A DNA stretch of 64,000 nucleotides from Octopus sinensis (Eukaryota). A model generated the notes under the pieces. That model did not search any database. It was not told where the DNA came from and saw nothing but the letters and a program-made list of their open reading frames with translations. Positions 12,486 through 25,619 of this stretch are shown in pieces. The translations under genes and the position numbers were made by a program. Where the stretch lies: contig NC_042999.1 of NCBI RefSeq assembly GCF_006345805.1, positions 112,158,001 to 112,222,000 of the forward strand. The letters are read 5' to 3'. Position 1 is the stretch's first letter, and each line of letters starts with the position of its first letter.

Positions 12486-12670
12486 TACAGGGTAAATGTT
12501 TTTTAAATTTTCTCCTGTTTACGGAATTGACTTTTATTTGCGGTTGAAGCTTTGGCTGTTATTTCTAGTGGGTGAATGGCCTATTATGGCCGTTCCTTGA
12601 TTGTTGATGTTGATATATATATATCTATATTATATATATATATATATATATAATACATATATATATATAT

Positions 12671-12865
12671 ATTGCATAGCAAGTGACCTGATCTGAGTTC
12701 GTGCGCTGGAACGAAAACAATTGCAGCATCGAAGGTGCTTATAGGCCATTTAAGAAACACATAAAAAACGTTAGATTCACTTCAACATTTAAATTTAATT
12801 TGCCAAAATATTTTCGTCGCTTTGAGGCCGTAACCTGTTCACTGACACGGCAAAGCATTTCTAAA
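12671..12865 (-). repeat. Right inverted copy of the ~195-bp repeat, with G3-C8 hammerhead at 12800-12847
   Basis: Reverse complement of 8789-8985; minus strand TGTCA-GTGAACA-GGTTAC..GCGAC-GAA-AATATT-T-TGGCA. Confidence 0.85.
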
Positions 12866-13003
12866 CTTAAAAGAATATATATATTGACAGCAATAATAAG
12901 GGACAAAGACCGCTGGAAAGAATTCATCCGGGGATCTCAGGAATTTTACCTGCCCTAGATTTATATATATATATATTTTATTAAAAAGCAACAAAAATAT
13001 CAC

Positions 13004-13049
13004 AAAAACTATTACTCAGAGCTTCACATTCCCATTCGTCAGACTGTTT
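13004..13049 (-). ncRNA. Decayed minimal hammerhead ribozyme
   Basis: AAACAGT-CTGACGA-ATG.GGAA.TGT-GAAG-CTC.T.GAG-TA-ATAGTTT; A15.1>G and a weak, probably CpG-decayed stem II. Confidence 0.45.
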
Positions 13050-13061
13050 GTATATTTATAT

Positions 13062-13102
<41 letters not shown>

Positions 13103-13169
13103 TATATATATATATATATATATATCTATATATATATATATAGATATTATACATATATATATATATAAA

Positions 13170-13741
13170 GCATTTATTAGCACCCTACCAAAATGGTATT
13201 ACTTAAATCCAGTTAATTGAAAAAATTGGAAGTTCACAAATTTTTGTAGTTCTTTTAAAATAACAAATCCACATCCACACTTGACCCTAATGCTAGATGT
13301 TCGAGAACGAAATGAAGGCCAGATTTTCAATCTCAGGATCAGTCTGATTCTAAAAAGGTATAATATAACTACAATAAACGTCGCCCTTTTCAAACCAGGC
13401 TCATGGGGCCCGGTTTCCCGGTTTCTGTGGCGTATGTGTTCCCCCCCAGTCCATCGCAGCATTACTCAAGAAACAGGAAGAGAGAATGAGAGAAAGTTGT
13501 GGCGAAAGAGTACAACACGGGTCACCACCACCCCCTGCCGGAGCCTCGTGGAGCTTTTAGGTGTTTTCACTCAACAAACACACACAATGCCTGGTCTGTG
13601 AACCGAAACAACGATCCTCTGACCGCAAGTCCGCTGCCCTAACCACTGGGCCATTGTGCCTCCACATAATATAACCGTGTAGAGCAAATGTAGACTGAGA
13701 TACAGATGGACAGACAGAATTTTACATTTATTATTGTAGAT
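13170..13741 (-). mobile_element. Possible non-autonomous Helitron interrupted by a SINE
   Basis: Minus-strand start A|TCTACAATAATAAATGTAAAATTCTGTCTGTC resembles the Helitron-like 5' end at 20678. Confidence 0.35.
13380..13666 (-). mobile_element. tRNA-derived SINE family C
   Basis: Head 'gtggaggcacaatggcccagtggttagggcagcggact' (A-box-like); homologous to 28395-28702 and 30397-30695. Confidence 0.85.
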
Positions 13742-13974
13742 AAGTATAGTGTATGTGTTTGTGTTACCCTACCATCTCTTAATAACTAGTGTTGGTTTGT
13801 TTGCATCCCTGTAACATTAACAGTTTGGCAAAAGAAACCAACATAATAAGTACCAGATTTTTTTTAATAGGTACTGGTGTTGATTTGATGCCCTTGCATG
13901 GCTGCACTTCAATGACTGAAACAAGTAAAAAAAATATATATATATATGCACACACATACATACACATGCAGTAT

Positions 13975-14280
13975 GTTTCTTTTGTTGCTTCTCAAGCCAT
14001 GCCTGGCTCATAGGGCTGGTTTCTCGGTTTCCTTGGCGTATAGGTTCCCCACCTGGATGGTACACCAGTCTGTCGCAGGTGAGCTGCAAGATGCAGGAGG
14101 AAAGAGTGAGAGAAAGTTGTGGAGAAAGAGTCAACAGAAGTTCGCCATTACCTTCTACCAGAGGAGCGTGGAGCTTAGGTGCATCGCTCATAAACACACA
14201 CATCGCCCGGTCTGAGATTCAAACCCACAATCCCTCAACCACGAGTCTGCTGCTCTAACCACTAGGCCATGTGCCTCAAC
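13975..14280 (-). mobile_element. SINE family C variant
   Basis: Head 'gaggcacatggcctagtggttagagcagcagactc...gtttgaatctc'; body shared with family C. Confidence 0.75.
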
Positions 14281-15400
14281 TAGTATGAAACTCCCAATAA
14301 ACTTTCTGAACCCTATACATTATATGCTTTCCTAGAGAAGGTTCAAATCATGAACAGAATTTTAACTGATTCTCCAAGGTGAGGTACTGAATCCTTCATG
14401 TTTCAGACTTTTGTAAACTATCAGGAATATATGACCTTTGAGAAAAAGTTGAAAAGTGCTCGTAGTCTCTTGATGGATACAGCTTATAAATAAAGTTGAA
14501 TAAAATGACACCATCACATACAAGTATGGGGTATATGTATAAATATTTATGAAATATTATTAAACATCCTATTTTCTGAATAACATATGTATATATATGC
14601 ATGTTTTCGAATAAAATTAGATTTTCTACTGATTAACTGTATATATATATTTTAAAATATTTGTTTCTATGAGTATATTATTTGAATATAATTTTTTTAT
14701 TTTAGAAGAGTAAATATGAACATTTGGTTACAAATATGATATATAATTTGCATACATATATGTGCATATACATGTGTGTGTATAGTGTTATGTGTGTACA
14801 AAGGTGTGCATATATGAATACACATGCACACACACATTCATAAATACATGCACAATAAAAAAAATACATACATACATATATGTGTGTGTGTACATACATA
14901 CAAACGTGCATACATGTATGTATATATAATATATATATATAATATATATATATATATATGCATACACTCTACAAACAATTTTAAAATTATTCTGTACTTA
15001 TCACTACAGGAGGGAAAATGTATTTCATCTGTATCATGGGTCAATGAATACACACGTGTGTACACACCCACGTGCACACACGCACGCGCATGCACACACA
15101 CAACCACACACACATACATGTACAGACATGCACACATACACACACAGACATGTACATATGCATGCACACATACATGCACATTTGCTTGTAAATACATACT
15201 ATTATGCGTATGTTGTTCCTCCCTCTTCCTCACTCTCTCTCTCTCACTTTTCCTCTTCTTCTTCATCTTCTTTTTCTCCGCTTTTTGCTCCCCCGGTTTT
15301 TGTTATTCACATACAGAAAGACGTACATAGTTGCATCTGGGAAAATTAAATGGAAGTATATTAAAGATTCCCATCATCAATTTGAAAAAGCTTTCTTTTC

Positions 15401-15442
<42 letters not shown>

Positions 15443-15671
15443 ACTGTCTTTCTATTTCTCTCTGTCTCACTTTCTCTCTCTTCCCCTCGCTCTCCCTCAC
15501 TATGTGTGTGTGTGTGTGTGCATGTGTGTGTGTGTGTGTGTGTGTGAGTGTGTAATACATATTTAAATACAGAATTTATACAAATGGGAATATGAGTGTG
15601 TTGTGTTTAGATATACTAATGTGTAGGTACATGAACATATACATATATATATTTATGTCTGTATGCATGTG

Positions 15672-15721
<50 letters not shown>

Positions 15722-16257
15722 CATATATATGTGTATATTTATATATATATATAGATATAGATATGTATATATATACAAATAAGCATATGTATATATATTT
15801 GTATATATATGTATATATATATAAATGTATATATATATACATATATATATATAAGTATATATATATAATTATATATATGCATATATACATATATATAAAA
15901 TTTATATATATCCACATATATAACCATATATATGTATATGTGTACATACATATATATGTATGTGTATATGTATGTATGTATGTGTGTATATATATACATA
16001 CATAGATATGTGTATGTGTACATATATGCACATATATGTATATATGTATATATGTGTGTGTGTTTGCGTGCATGCGTGTGTACATGCTAAAATATTTTAA
16101 CCCTAGTAACCCTTCATCAGAGACTTTCACTGTTTTTTTCTACTTAACTCTATACTCTTTATATCAATATTCTACATTCTAATGTATTTTCTTTATTTTT
16201 TTTTGCTTTAATCAATGCTTTTCTTTCAATTTTGGATCTTTACATATTTATATAAAT

Positions 16258-16310
<53 letters not shown>

Positions 16311-16375
16311 CACACACAGATATGTGTATATTGTGTGTGACAGTGCATGTATATGTATATGGATTGATGTATGGA

Positions 16376-16444
<69 letters not shown>

Positions 16445-16704
16445 AACATATATATATATATATTACATACCACACATGTATACAATTTTGAAGCACATAA
16501 CTTTGATGTCAGGCTGACAGAGGTAACTAGACTCTCATGTACCTAGCCAAGAGGCAGAACTCCATGATTAAATAATTCTTGAATTAGGACCATGTGGTCC
16601 AGACCAGGTTTTTTAAATCCCAATCATTGCATGTTACTTTAAGTTTTTTTTTAATATAGACTACAAAGATATACGTGAGTACATATGTATACATGTATGT
16701 GGTG

Positions 16705-16737
<33 letters not shown>

Positions 16738-17487
16738 TATATATAAAATATTATTATATATATATATACATATATAGAATATATTGTTTACATATCATAT
16801 ATAGATATATATTTATGTAGAATATGCATGTGTATATTTATATTTATAATTATAGTTAAAAATGTAACAACTATGTGAAATTGTAAATCAAATATGTATC
16901 ATTACTCTAAAATACCAGAAGTTATTTCGACTTGTGTGTAATGATTTTTTTAACCACACTATAAGATAGCACAAGTCGCTATGGCCACATGTGATTTGAG
17001 AGGTATTATTGTGATTTTGTTGTTGTTTTGATAACTTTCGAAAAGGGATGTATATATGTACCTATATATATATTATATATATAATATATATATATAATAT
17101 ATATATTACACATGCACACACACACACACACATATATATATATGTAATATATGTATGTATATGCTCCTACCCTAAATATTGTGAAATGCACTATTTTCTT
17201 CTCTGTTTCTGATTGCAAGGAATATGCAGATATAAAAGTATATATGCAGTAATGTATATGAATATAAATGTGAGTTTGTATATGCATGTTTGTGTATATG
17301 TGTGTTTGCATGCATTAATTTCATATATCCTTGTAGTATTAGGGTTTGGGGATATTTAATTACCTAATCATAAATACAGTTCATAACCAATCAATTACAA
17401 AATTTGTTTAGCATTTTTGGTAATAACAATTGTAACAGGTAAAAATGACACTAAGTGTTAGAATGCTTTTAAAGATATATGTATATA

Positions 17488-17711
17488 CAGTAATCCTTCA
17501 CTATATCGCAGTTCACCTATCGCAGTTTATTATTTAAGATTATGTCAATTCTTCCGTGGTGTTGTTTTGCTTTTATAATAAAATAAATACATATACAAAT
17601 TTTTAAAATAATAAAAAAATATATAGTATTGTACTGTTTCTTCTTCATGGATTTTCACCTATCACAGTGGAGTTTTGGAACATAACAACCGCGATAGATG
17701 AGGGATTACTG
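17488..17711. mobile_element. Tc1/pogo(Tigger)-type MITE
   Basis: Imperfect TIRs CAGTAATCCTTCACTATATCGC / GCGATAGATGAGGGATTACTG, preceded by TA. Confidence 0.7.
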
Positions 17712-17712
17712 C

Positions 17713-17812
<100 letters not shown>

Positions 17813-17876
17813 GCATCGATAGACAGACAGACAGACAGACAGGCAGGCAGAGACAGACAGACAGATAGGTAGATAA

Positions 17877-18525
17877 CTTTCTTTATTGGCCACATAGGGC
17901 TGAACACAGATGGAACAAATACACACGTAGAGCTTTTCTTTTCGAAAATGAAAACGAAAAAGGGGGAAAAAAAGAGTAAAAAAGTAAAATTCTGATCAAA
18001 AAGGGTTGGAAAAAAAAAAGAAAAGGATGACCATAAGGGATCATGTATCACAGAAGAATTTTTAAAATGTAAGAAGCAAGATTAGGTTTATCCATGGAAA
18101 GAAAAGCCTACGGAAAAGACCATGGTAACCTCAGGCAGAGAGGGAATAAGCACATGAGAGCAAAGTGCTCTCTCTCCCTCTCTCTCTTTTTTCGATTTAC
18201 AGGATCATGCTCAAAGTGGTTTCGTCACTCACATGCACCATCTTTGCTACATTCACCCACCTTTTTTTGAAACTTTCACAAGACAAAACCTGCGTCTCCA
18301 TTCTCACCTTCCTTTTCAAATGGTACTTGAAAAAGTTGATGAGTGATTGGCCAGAGGAAAATTTTTGTCTCTAATCCGTTTGCTCCAGTCCACACACATG
18401 CTTTCACCAAGGCCACCTGTACGGTGAAGACTGGCTTGCCTTCCCAGTTGAGGGAAGGTGGCGGAGCAATTGTTATGATAGACTCGGCCAACAGGTGGAC
18501 TCATCCCACACGTGACAGCAGCCAT
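17877..18525 (-). mobile_element. Tx1-like LINE 3' end inserted in (GATA)n
   Basis: Decayed ORF2 C-terminus ([40 protein letters not shown]); 3' end 'gtggccaataaagaaag' runs into (TATC)n; GATA repeats on both sides. Confidence 0.65.
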
Positions 18526-18539
18526 AGATAGATAGATAT

Positions 18540-18580
<41 letters not shown>

Positions 18581-18629
18581 TAGATAGGGAGAGATATAGA
18601 GATAGAGACAGACAGACAGACAAACAGAC

Positions 18630-18680
<51 letters not shown>

Positions 18681-18722
18681 CAGACAGATAGATAGATTGA
18701 TAAATAGATAGACAGATAGATA

Positions 18723-19013
18723 TGTTTCTTTATTAGCCACACAGGGCTGCACACAGACGAGACAAATTACATGGTAGAGCTTTACTTTTTGGGGATAAAA
18801 AAAAAGGGGGTTTGGTTTTCGATCAAAAGGAATCGTAAAAGGAAAGAAAGAGGAAAGCAAGAAAAAAAGGGGGGGGGAATAAAAGGAAAAAGAAAAAATC
18901 GATCAATAAGAATCATTATCACAGAAATGTCAATATAAAGTGTAAAGGGGAGGACAGGTGAGGTTTACCCGTGGAAAGAAAAGCCTACGGAAAAGACCAT
19001 GGTAACTTTGGTC
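18723..19013 (-). mobile_element. Second, shorter Tx1-like 3' UTR copy in (GATA)n
   Basis: Homologous to 17877-18135 (shared 'gaaaagcctacggaaaagaccatggtaac'); GATA repeats on both sides. Confidence 0.65.
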
Positions 19014-19311
19014 AGATAGATAGATAGATAGATAGATATGTAGGTGTTTTAGTGTCTATGTTTGTTTCCTGCCATCACTATCACTTGACAACAGGTGTTC
19101 ATGTGTTTACTCCCCCCCCCAGGACTTAGTGGTTCAGCCAAAAAGACCAATAGAATAGGTACCAGGCTTCAGAGGAAAAAAATAGCACTAGCGTCAATGC
19201 ATTCAACTAAAAGTTCTTTGAAGTAGTGTTTCAGCATGGCTGAAATTCAATGACTGAGACGAGTAAAAGATAAAAATATCCATTCTCTCTCTCTTTTCTT
19301 TCTCTTTTTCT

Positions 19312-19712
19312 CTTTTTACTTGTTTCAGTCATTTTGATTGCGGCCATGCTGGAGCACTGCCTTTAATCGAGCAACTCGACCCCGGGACTTATTCTTTGTA
19401 AGCCCAGTACTTATTCTATCGGTCTGTTTTGCCAAACAGCTAAGTGACGGGGACATAACACACCAGCATCGGCTGTCAAGCAATGCTAGGGGGACAAACA
19501 CAGACACACAAACACACACACATACACATATACATATATATACATATATACAACAGGCTTCTTTCAGTTTCCGTCAACCAAATCCACTCACAAGGCTTTG
19601 GTTGGCCCGAGGCTATAGTAGAAGACACTTGCCCCACGTGCCACACAGTGGGACTGAACCCGGAACCATGTGGTTGGTAAACAAGCTACTTACCACAGAG
19701 CCACCACTGCAC
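19312..19712 (-). mobile_element. SINE family A, near full length
   Basis: Homologous to 45724-46131. Confidence 0.85.
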
Positions 19713-20075
19713 CTACATTCTGTATGCCATGTTCTAAGGATTCTTTCTTGCAACAAATGAAAAAAAAAAATATAGGAAAAGGTGTGTAAGATGGAAAGGA
19801 TGAAAGAAAAGGACAATAAACAAGAGAAAAGTCTCATATATCCTCCTGAGGGTTTTTTGTTCTATTGTAGCCGAAACCGAGATTTTCAATGGAGTTTGGA
19901 TTATTACTAGATAAATAATAAGAGACAAAGAGAAACTAGCTTATGTAAAAAAATAAATATTTTTATTGATGTTTTCAGTATTCTGTTGTGTCTGGGGAGA
20001 GTCATTTTCTTTTTTGTGCCTTATAATTTAACACACTCACTGGTAAAATTTCCACTTATTTCTTATTTTTATTTT

Positions 20076-20114
20076 CCTAAAATTTTCATTGCGTCTTGCA
20101 ACCTTTTCAATAGA
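20076..20114 (-). ncRNA. Minimal hammerhead-like motif with U3-A8 core
   Basis: TCTA-TTGAAAA-G-GTTGC.aagac.GCAAT-GAA-AATT(palindrome)-T-TAGG; same architecture as 8807-8855. Confidence 0.5.
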
Positions 20115-20365
20115 CTCGTTATTTGCATTTATGCATAGTAATGGTGGTGGTGATGGTGGCAGTGGTGACAGCTGAGGCGGCAGCGGCTGTGGTGGTGGTG
20201 GTGGTGGTGGTGGTGGTGGTGGTAGTGGTGGCAGTGAAAGCAGCAGAAGCAGCAGCCGTTCAAGAATTTGGACCTGGAAATCTCCATTTCCAGCGACATT
20301 GAGGGCCACCTCCCAGTGGTGTTGGGCGTCAACGAAGGGCCCTCGACTACAACAAGACGACCAAA

Positions 20366-20660
20366 GATGGAAACTGAAAGAAGCCCATTGTACATATATA
20401 TGTGTGTGTGTGTGTTTGTTTTTTTGTGTGTGGGTGTGTGTGTGTGTATGTTTGTGTATTTGTGTCTATGTTTGTCCCCACCACCATTGCTTCACAATAG
20501 ATGTTTGTGTGTTTATGTCCCCCATAATTTAGCAATTCAGCAAAAGAGACTGCTAAAATAGGTAATAGGCTTGCAAAGAATAAGTCCTGGGGTCAATTTG
20601 TTCAACTAAAGGCAGTGCTCCAGTATGGAAACAAATGAAAAGAATAAGAGAATAAAAGAA
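20366..20660 (+). mobile_element. SINE family A, 5'-truncated
   Basis: 'gatggaaactgaaagaagccc...ataagtcctggggtc...aataaaagaa'. Confidence 0.8.
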
Positions 20661-20677
20661 TATGTGGCACTTCGTCA

Positions 20678-21217
20678 TCTATATATATAAAACTGAGAAT
20701 GTCTGTCTGTCTATGTGAATCCCTAAAACTTGAGAACTACACAACCAATTTCATTCAAATTTTACACATGCCTTACTTAGGGTCCATGTAGTGTCATGGG
20801 CAAAAGAACTTCTAACTTCTTGCCTAGGGCAAGCCCACAGCAATATCATATCTTCTCCACTATTTCAGTATTACGTGTTAAAAGTGAAACAAAAACATTT
20901 CTCTATCGTAATGTCAGATACTTTCACTTTCACAATAAAAATTAGAGATAATAAAAACAATTGAATTATATGTAGTAAGTAATAACTAAAACCAAACTAA
21001 AGTATAATATAATAATTAAACTGTAACATAATAATTAAAAGTAAAAATAGGAATTGGTATAAAATTGCATCAATGACTTGAACTTGAATAAGTGGTTTCA
21101 CATGAATGGGAATAAACAAAAAATAAAATTTAAGTGCAGAAATGGAATAGTCCAGATGGAGCTGTGCACATACCCTTTACCACGGCTTTTACATTAGATT
21201 ATCTGCTAATTAGCTAG
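20678..21217 (+). mobile_element. Non-autonomous Helitron-like element
   Basis: A|TCTATATATATAAAA..TGTCTGTCTGTC 5' end and CTAG|T 3' end at an AT target; subterminal hairpin not clear. Confidence 0.5.
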
Positions 21218-21219
21218 TA

Positions 21220-22090
21220 TTAAGTATCTATATGAAGTTCGGCTGTATGTAATGTCTGTTTTCTCGAACAGACACTTCTACTGAGTACTGCTGTTGGTTT
21301 ATTTCTGATCCATAAAGGACTATAGCTTCAACTGAGTACTGCTTTTTGATTCACCATAAAGTTTGTTGTTATTATTATTACTGTTTAACTATTGTTATCA
21401 CGTTTTTTGGTTCCTTGTAAGGGAAGCGTTGTGTAAACCATAATCTTCCCCCTTTTGGGAGAAGGAGCTTTGGTTATTGTTTAAAAATTGAATTGTGTCT
21501 CTGTTTGGGGAAATTGACAATATTTTCAGCGTTTATACGGAAGCATTTTTGTTAAAATGTCTTCAATAGAAGACAGTCCAATAATGAATTTCGCTGCAGC
21601 CATCGGCGGCCGCGAACTCATTAAAATTAAAATGGAAGAAATACAAACCTATTTCGGATTGATCACCGACAAAGATGGTGAATCTAGGATAACACCACCA
21701 AACGAAATAAAAGATAAAATTAAAGAAAAGACTATTGTCAATAAAGTATACAATGTAGAGAAAAAAAAGATTTGAACACCTGGAGGAAAGCACCATTGAA
21801 AAGTGTCTTGGTGCGACTATGAAAGATATCAAGTATCTAACCAGAGGTGGCAAATTCGCCACGTTCGAGTCAATGGAGCGTGCAAGGGAGTACTGGACTC
21901 AAACCTTGCAAAGTAGAAATATTTTATTTTTACCTTTATATCTGGGACGTAGGACGTCCCAGATAAAAATTTAAAATGTCCTCCCAGAAGTAGGGTAGGC
22001 TGGATTGTTGCCACACTTCTATACAAGAGGGAGGACAAGATACAATTGATCGAAATTGGAAGAGACGGGCCTACAATTCCAGTCTGTTAT
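21220..22090 (+). mobile_element. Probable 5' UTR plus frameshifted ORF1 of an L1/Tx1-type LINE
   Basis: ORF 21557-21775 continues by frameshift into FEHLEESTIEKCLGATMKDIKYLTRGGKFATFESMERAREYWTQTLQSRNILFLPLYLGRRTSQIKI.NVLPEV, reminiscent of an RRM-type ORF1. Confidence 0.45.
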
Positions 22091-22691
22091 ATATTTTGAG
22101 TATTGTTATCACTAGCGATATCAAGATATAACTTTGTATTTTGTATTTTATGTGTAAATGTATATATATAGATGTACATGTAATATGTACACATATATAT
22201 ACACATATATACATGCACTAGCACTATGACCTGGCAATGCCGAACCATAATGCTAGTTCTTAATAAAATATAGAGGTCCGTTGCAACCAACTTTCCCCTT
22301 ACCTCAAATTTCAGGATTTGTGCTTATTACTAATTATTGTTGTGGTCTGGCTGTATTGTTAGGGTATCAGGAAAAATGTACTTTGAGGTATTTGTTCTGT
22401 TGCTTTACATTCTGAGTTCAAATCCTGCCAAGGACCACTTTGCCTCCCATCCTTTTGAGTGGGGTCAATAAAATATCACCACCACCACTACTACTATTAC
22501 TGCTATGCATAAATGCAAATAACAATACTAAAAACATCAATAAAAATAAAATAAAATACCAACCAAGTACTGGAGTTGTTGGCATTGACTAACACCTCCC
22601 CTTAAAAACTGATGGTTTCTGTGCTTTAATCAGAAAATATATTTTCTTCTTCTTTTCATCATCACCATCACCACCACCACCACCACCACCA

Positions 22692-23372
22692 TCAGTAATT
22701 GACCAGTTAACGATGTTGGAACTGTAAGTCATGACTGGTATGGCTAAAGCATTGATCACTTCAATCCTGTTTCTCGCATTCAGCTCTGTCTTAAGTATTG
22801 CTCTTACTCTGCAATAACATTCTCTGCTGAGCCTTTCCTTCATCACTGAATGCCTTATTCTGCCCCCTTCAATTACCCCAAGGTACTTGTAGCTCTCCGC
22901 TGGGTCTAACTCTTTTATGACATTCTGCTGGTCAAGGTTAACGTTAGATGTTTCTGTTATTTTTCCTTTGATACAGGGTAGCTTTATCACATTTATCGAG
23001 GCCAAATTGCATTCTGATGTCATTACTGAATTGTTTAACAATCGCTAGTAAGCCCTTGAGTTGGTCATATTTTTACAAAAAGCTTTAAATCATCCATGTA
23101 AATGAGATGATTTATATTTTTATCAAACATTTTATATCCGTACTGTGCGGCATTGAGAAATTTTGAGAGAGGTATTAAGGCTAAACAAAAGAGGAGTGGT
23201 GATAGTGAGTCACCCTGGAAAATGCCACATGAAATATTTACATCACCAGCATTTAGAGATTCATCGTCACTGTTCAAAGTTAGTGTGGTTCTCCACGATC
23301 TCATATTTACAGACAAAAAGTTTCACAGAGTAGGCGCTATTTTATACATTTCCAGGCATTTCTTAATCCAGC
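22692..23372 (-). mobile_element. Dong/R4-clade LINE reverse transcriptase fragment
   Basis: GIFQGDSLSPLLFCLALIPLS, HLIYMDDLKLF, YKYLGV, INALAIPVMTYS motifs; abuts (TAA)n. Confidence 0.9.
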
Positions 23373-23410
<38 letters not shown>

Positions 23411-23455
23411 TATTATTATTATTATTATCATCATCATTATTATTATAATTATTAT

Positions 23456-24107
<652 letters not shown>

Positions 24108-24801
24108 CAGCAAACTAACAGAATCATTAGCACTCCAAACAAAATGCTCAGTAACATTTGTCCATCATTACAGTCTGAATTCAAATTGCACCCAAGGTTG
24201 ACTTCATCTATTGTTCTTTCATCCAAGGTTGACTCTTCCTTTCATCCTTCTCAGGTTAATAAGATAAGTACCAGCCAAGTACAGGAGTCAAATTTCAGGC
24301 CTTGTGCCTAGAATGGAAAGGATCATCATGATCATCTTTATTGCTTCTGTTGTTGTATCCATTATTTGTATTCAAACTCTTCCACTTTTCCAATATCCAG
24401 CACCACCTCATAGAGTATTTGCCTAAGCTGGGATCTGATATGCGTATTAGCATGTGCGAATGCATTTCTGTCTTAAATATGTATGTGTATGTATCTGTGT
24501 GTGTGTGTATGTATGAATGTGTATGAACATGATATTAATTCTATTAGTCATGTTGAAATATAAAAGACAACATGAGTCAGTCTAAATCAAAATGGAATTC
24601 ATTCAATCTGCCCCAACCCCCTGTTCCCAGATGAAAAGTAATTTCATTTCCTATCTTTGTTAAATGGTATTTTTGTTGAGAGAAATTTTTGAAAACTTAT
24701 TTCTTCATCTTGGATATTGGGAATGATAAAACACCACAGAACTCACGACACTTCTCCCTGCACTCTTCGACAAAAAAAAAATGTATATGCATGCATATAC
24801 A

Positions 24802-24838
<37 letters not shown>

Positions 24839-24901
24839 GATGATGATGATGATATATATATATATACATACACACATAGATACACACACTCACATACATA
24901 T

Positions 24902-24949
<48 letters not shown>

Positions 24950-24969
24950 TACATATATACTTGTAAGTT

Positions 24970-25014
<45 letters not shown>

Positions 25015-25619
25015 ATACATAAAAACATACCCACATAAACACACACACACATACATTATACATAGTCATGCGTGCACCTGTGTACCACTTCTTCATACCA
25101 TTTTTTCACATGTATCTGTTGAGCATAGTCTGAACGTGCTCAAAATACACACAAACATATATGAATAAATGTATCGTTACACAAATATATTCAAGAATAA
25201 AAGCCACACTGGGTTCATGTTTGGTGCAAAGTTATCAAATGCTGTTTTCAGATTCATAGGCAGTGTTTGTTTAAATGCGTGTATATGTTTGTATTTCCTT
25301 ATGATGGTTGGCAGTCGCTTACAGCATGTTTGTTGTAAGCAACTGTCACCATCATAAGAGCAGTGTCCTTCGTTTCCAGTCTTCTGTGTAAACATGTCTA
25401 GGCAAGGAGAAGCATTACCTCACATGGAAATAATCGAGGGTTGGCAACAGGAAGAGAATTCCAGCTGTAGAAAATATACCTTTAGTGAATTCTATCTGGC
25501 CTCTTGCAAGCATGGAAAAGTGGACATAAAATGATGATGATGATGGTGATGATGGTGGGGGGGAGAAGAGGTGGAGAGGAGGGGGAGAGGAAGGGGGAAA
25601 GACGGGAAGATGGGGAGGG

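Larger units (their letters stand above)
9371..12613. repeat. Tandem array of a ~489-bp hammerhead-containing unit (retrozyme-like): ~4.6 units in one orientation, ~2 inverted
   Basis: Unit starts 'attcataattaatc' at 9371, 9860, 10347, 10837, 11328; orientation switch at 11636/11637; flanked by (TA)n; copies differ mostly by 1-nt indels; no ORF. Confidence 0.95.

Noticed and set aside
9371-12613. Array as CRISPR, rDNA/5S, snRNA or histone repeat
   Set aside because: No unique spacers, no recognisable rRNA, snRNA or tRNA sequence, no ORF; whole units are near-identical
16085-16125. Minus-strand CTGATGA..AAAATATTTT hammerhead-like string
   Set aside because: Stem II does not pair and GAAA is absent
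16911-17008. Minus-strand GACTTGTG..CACAAGTC-GAAA hairpin with AATACC/GGTATT flanks
   Set aside because: Lacks a recognisable 5' core; at best a heavily decayed ribozyme
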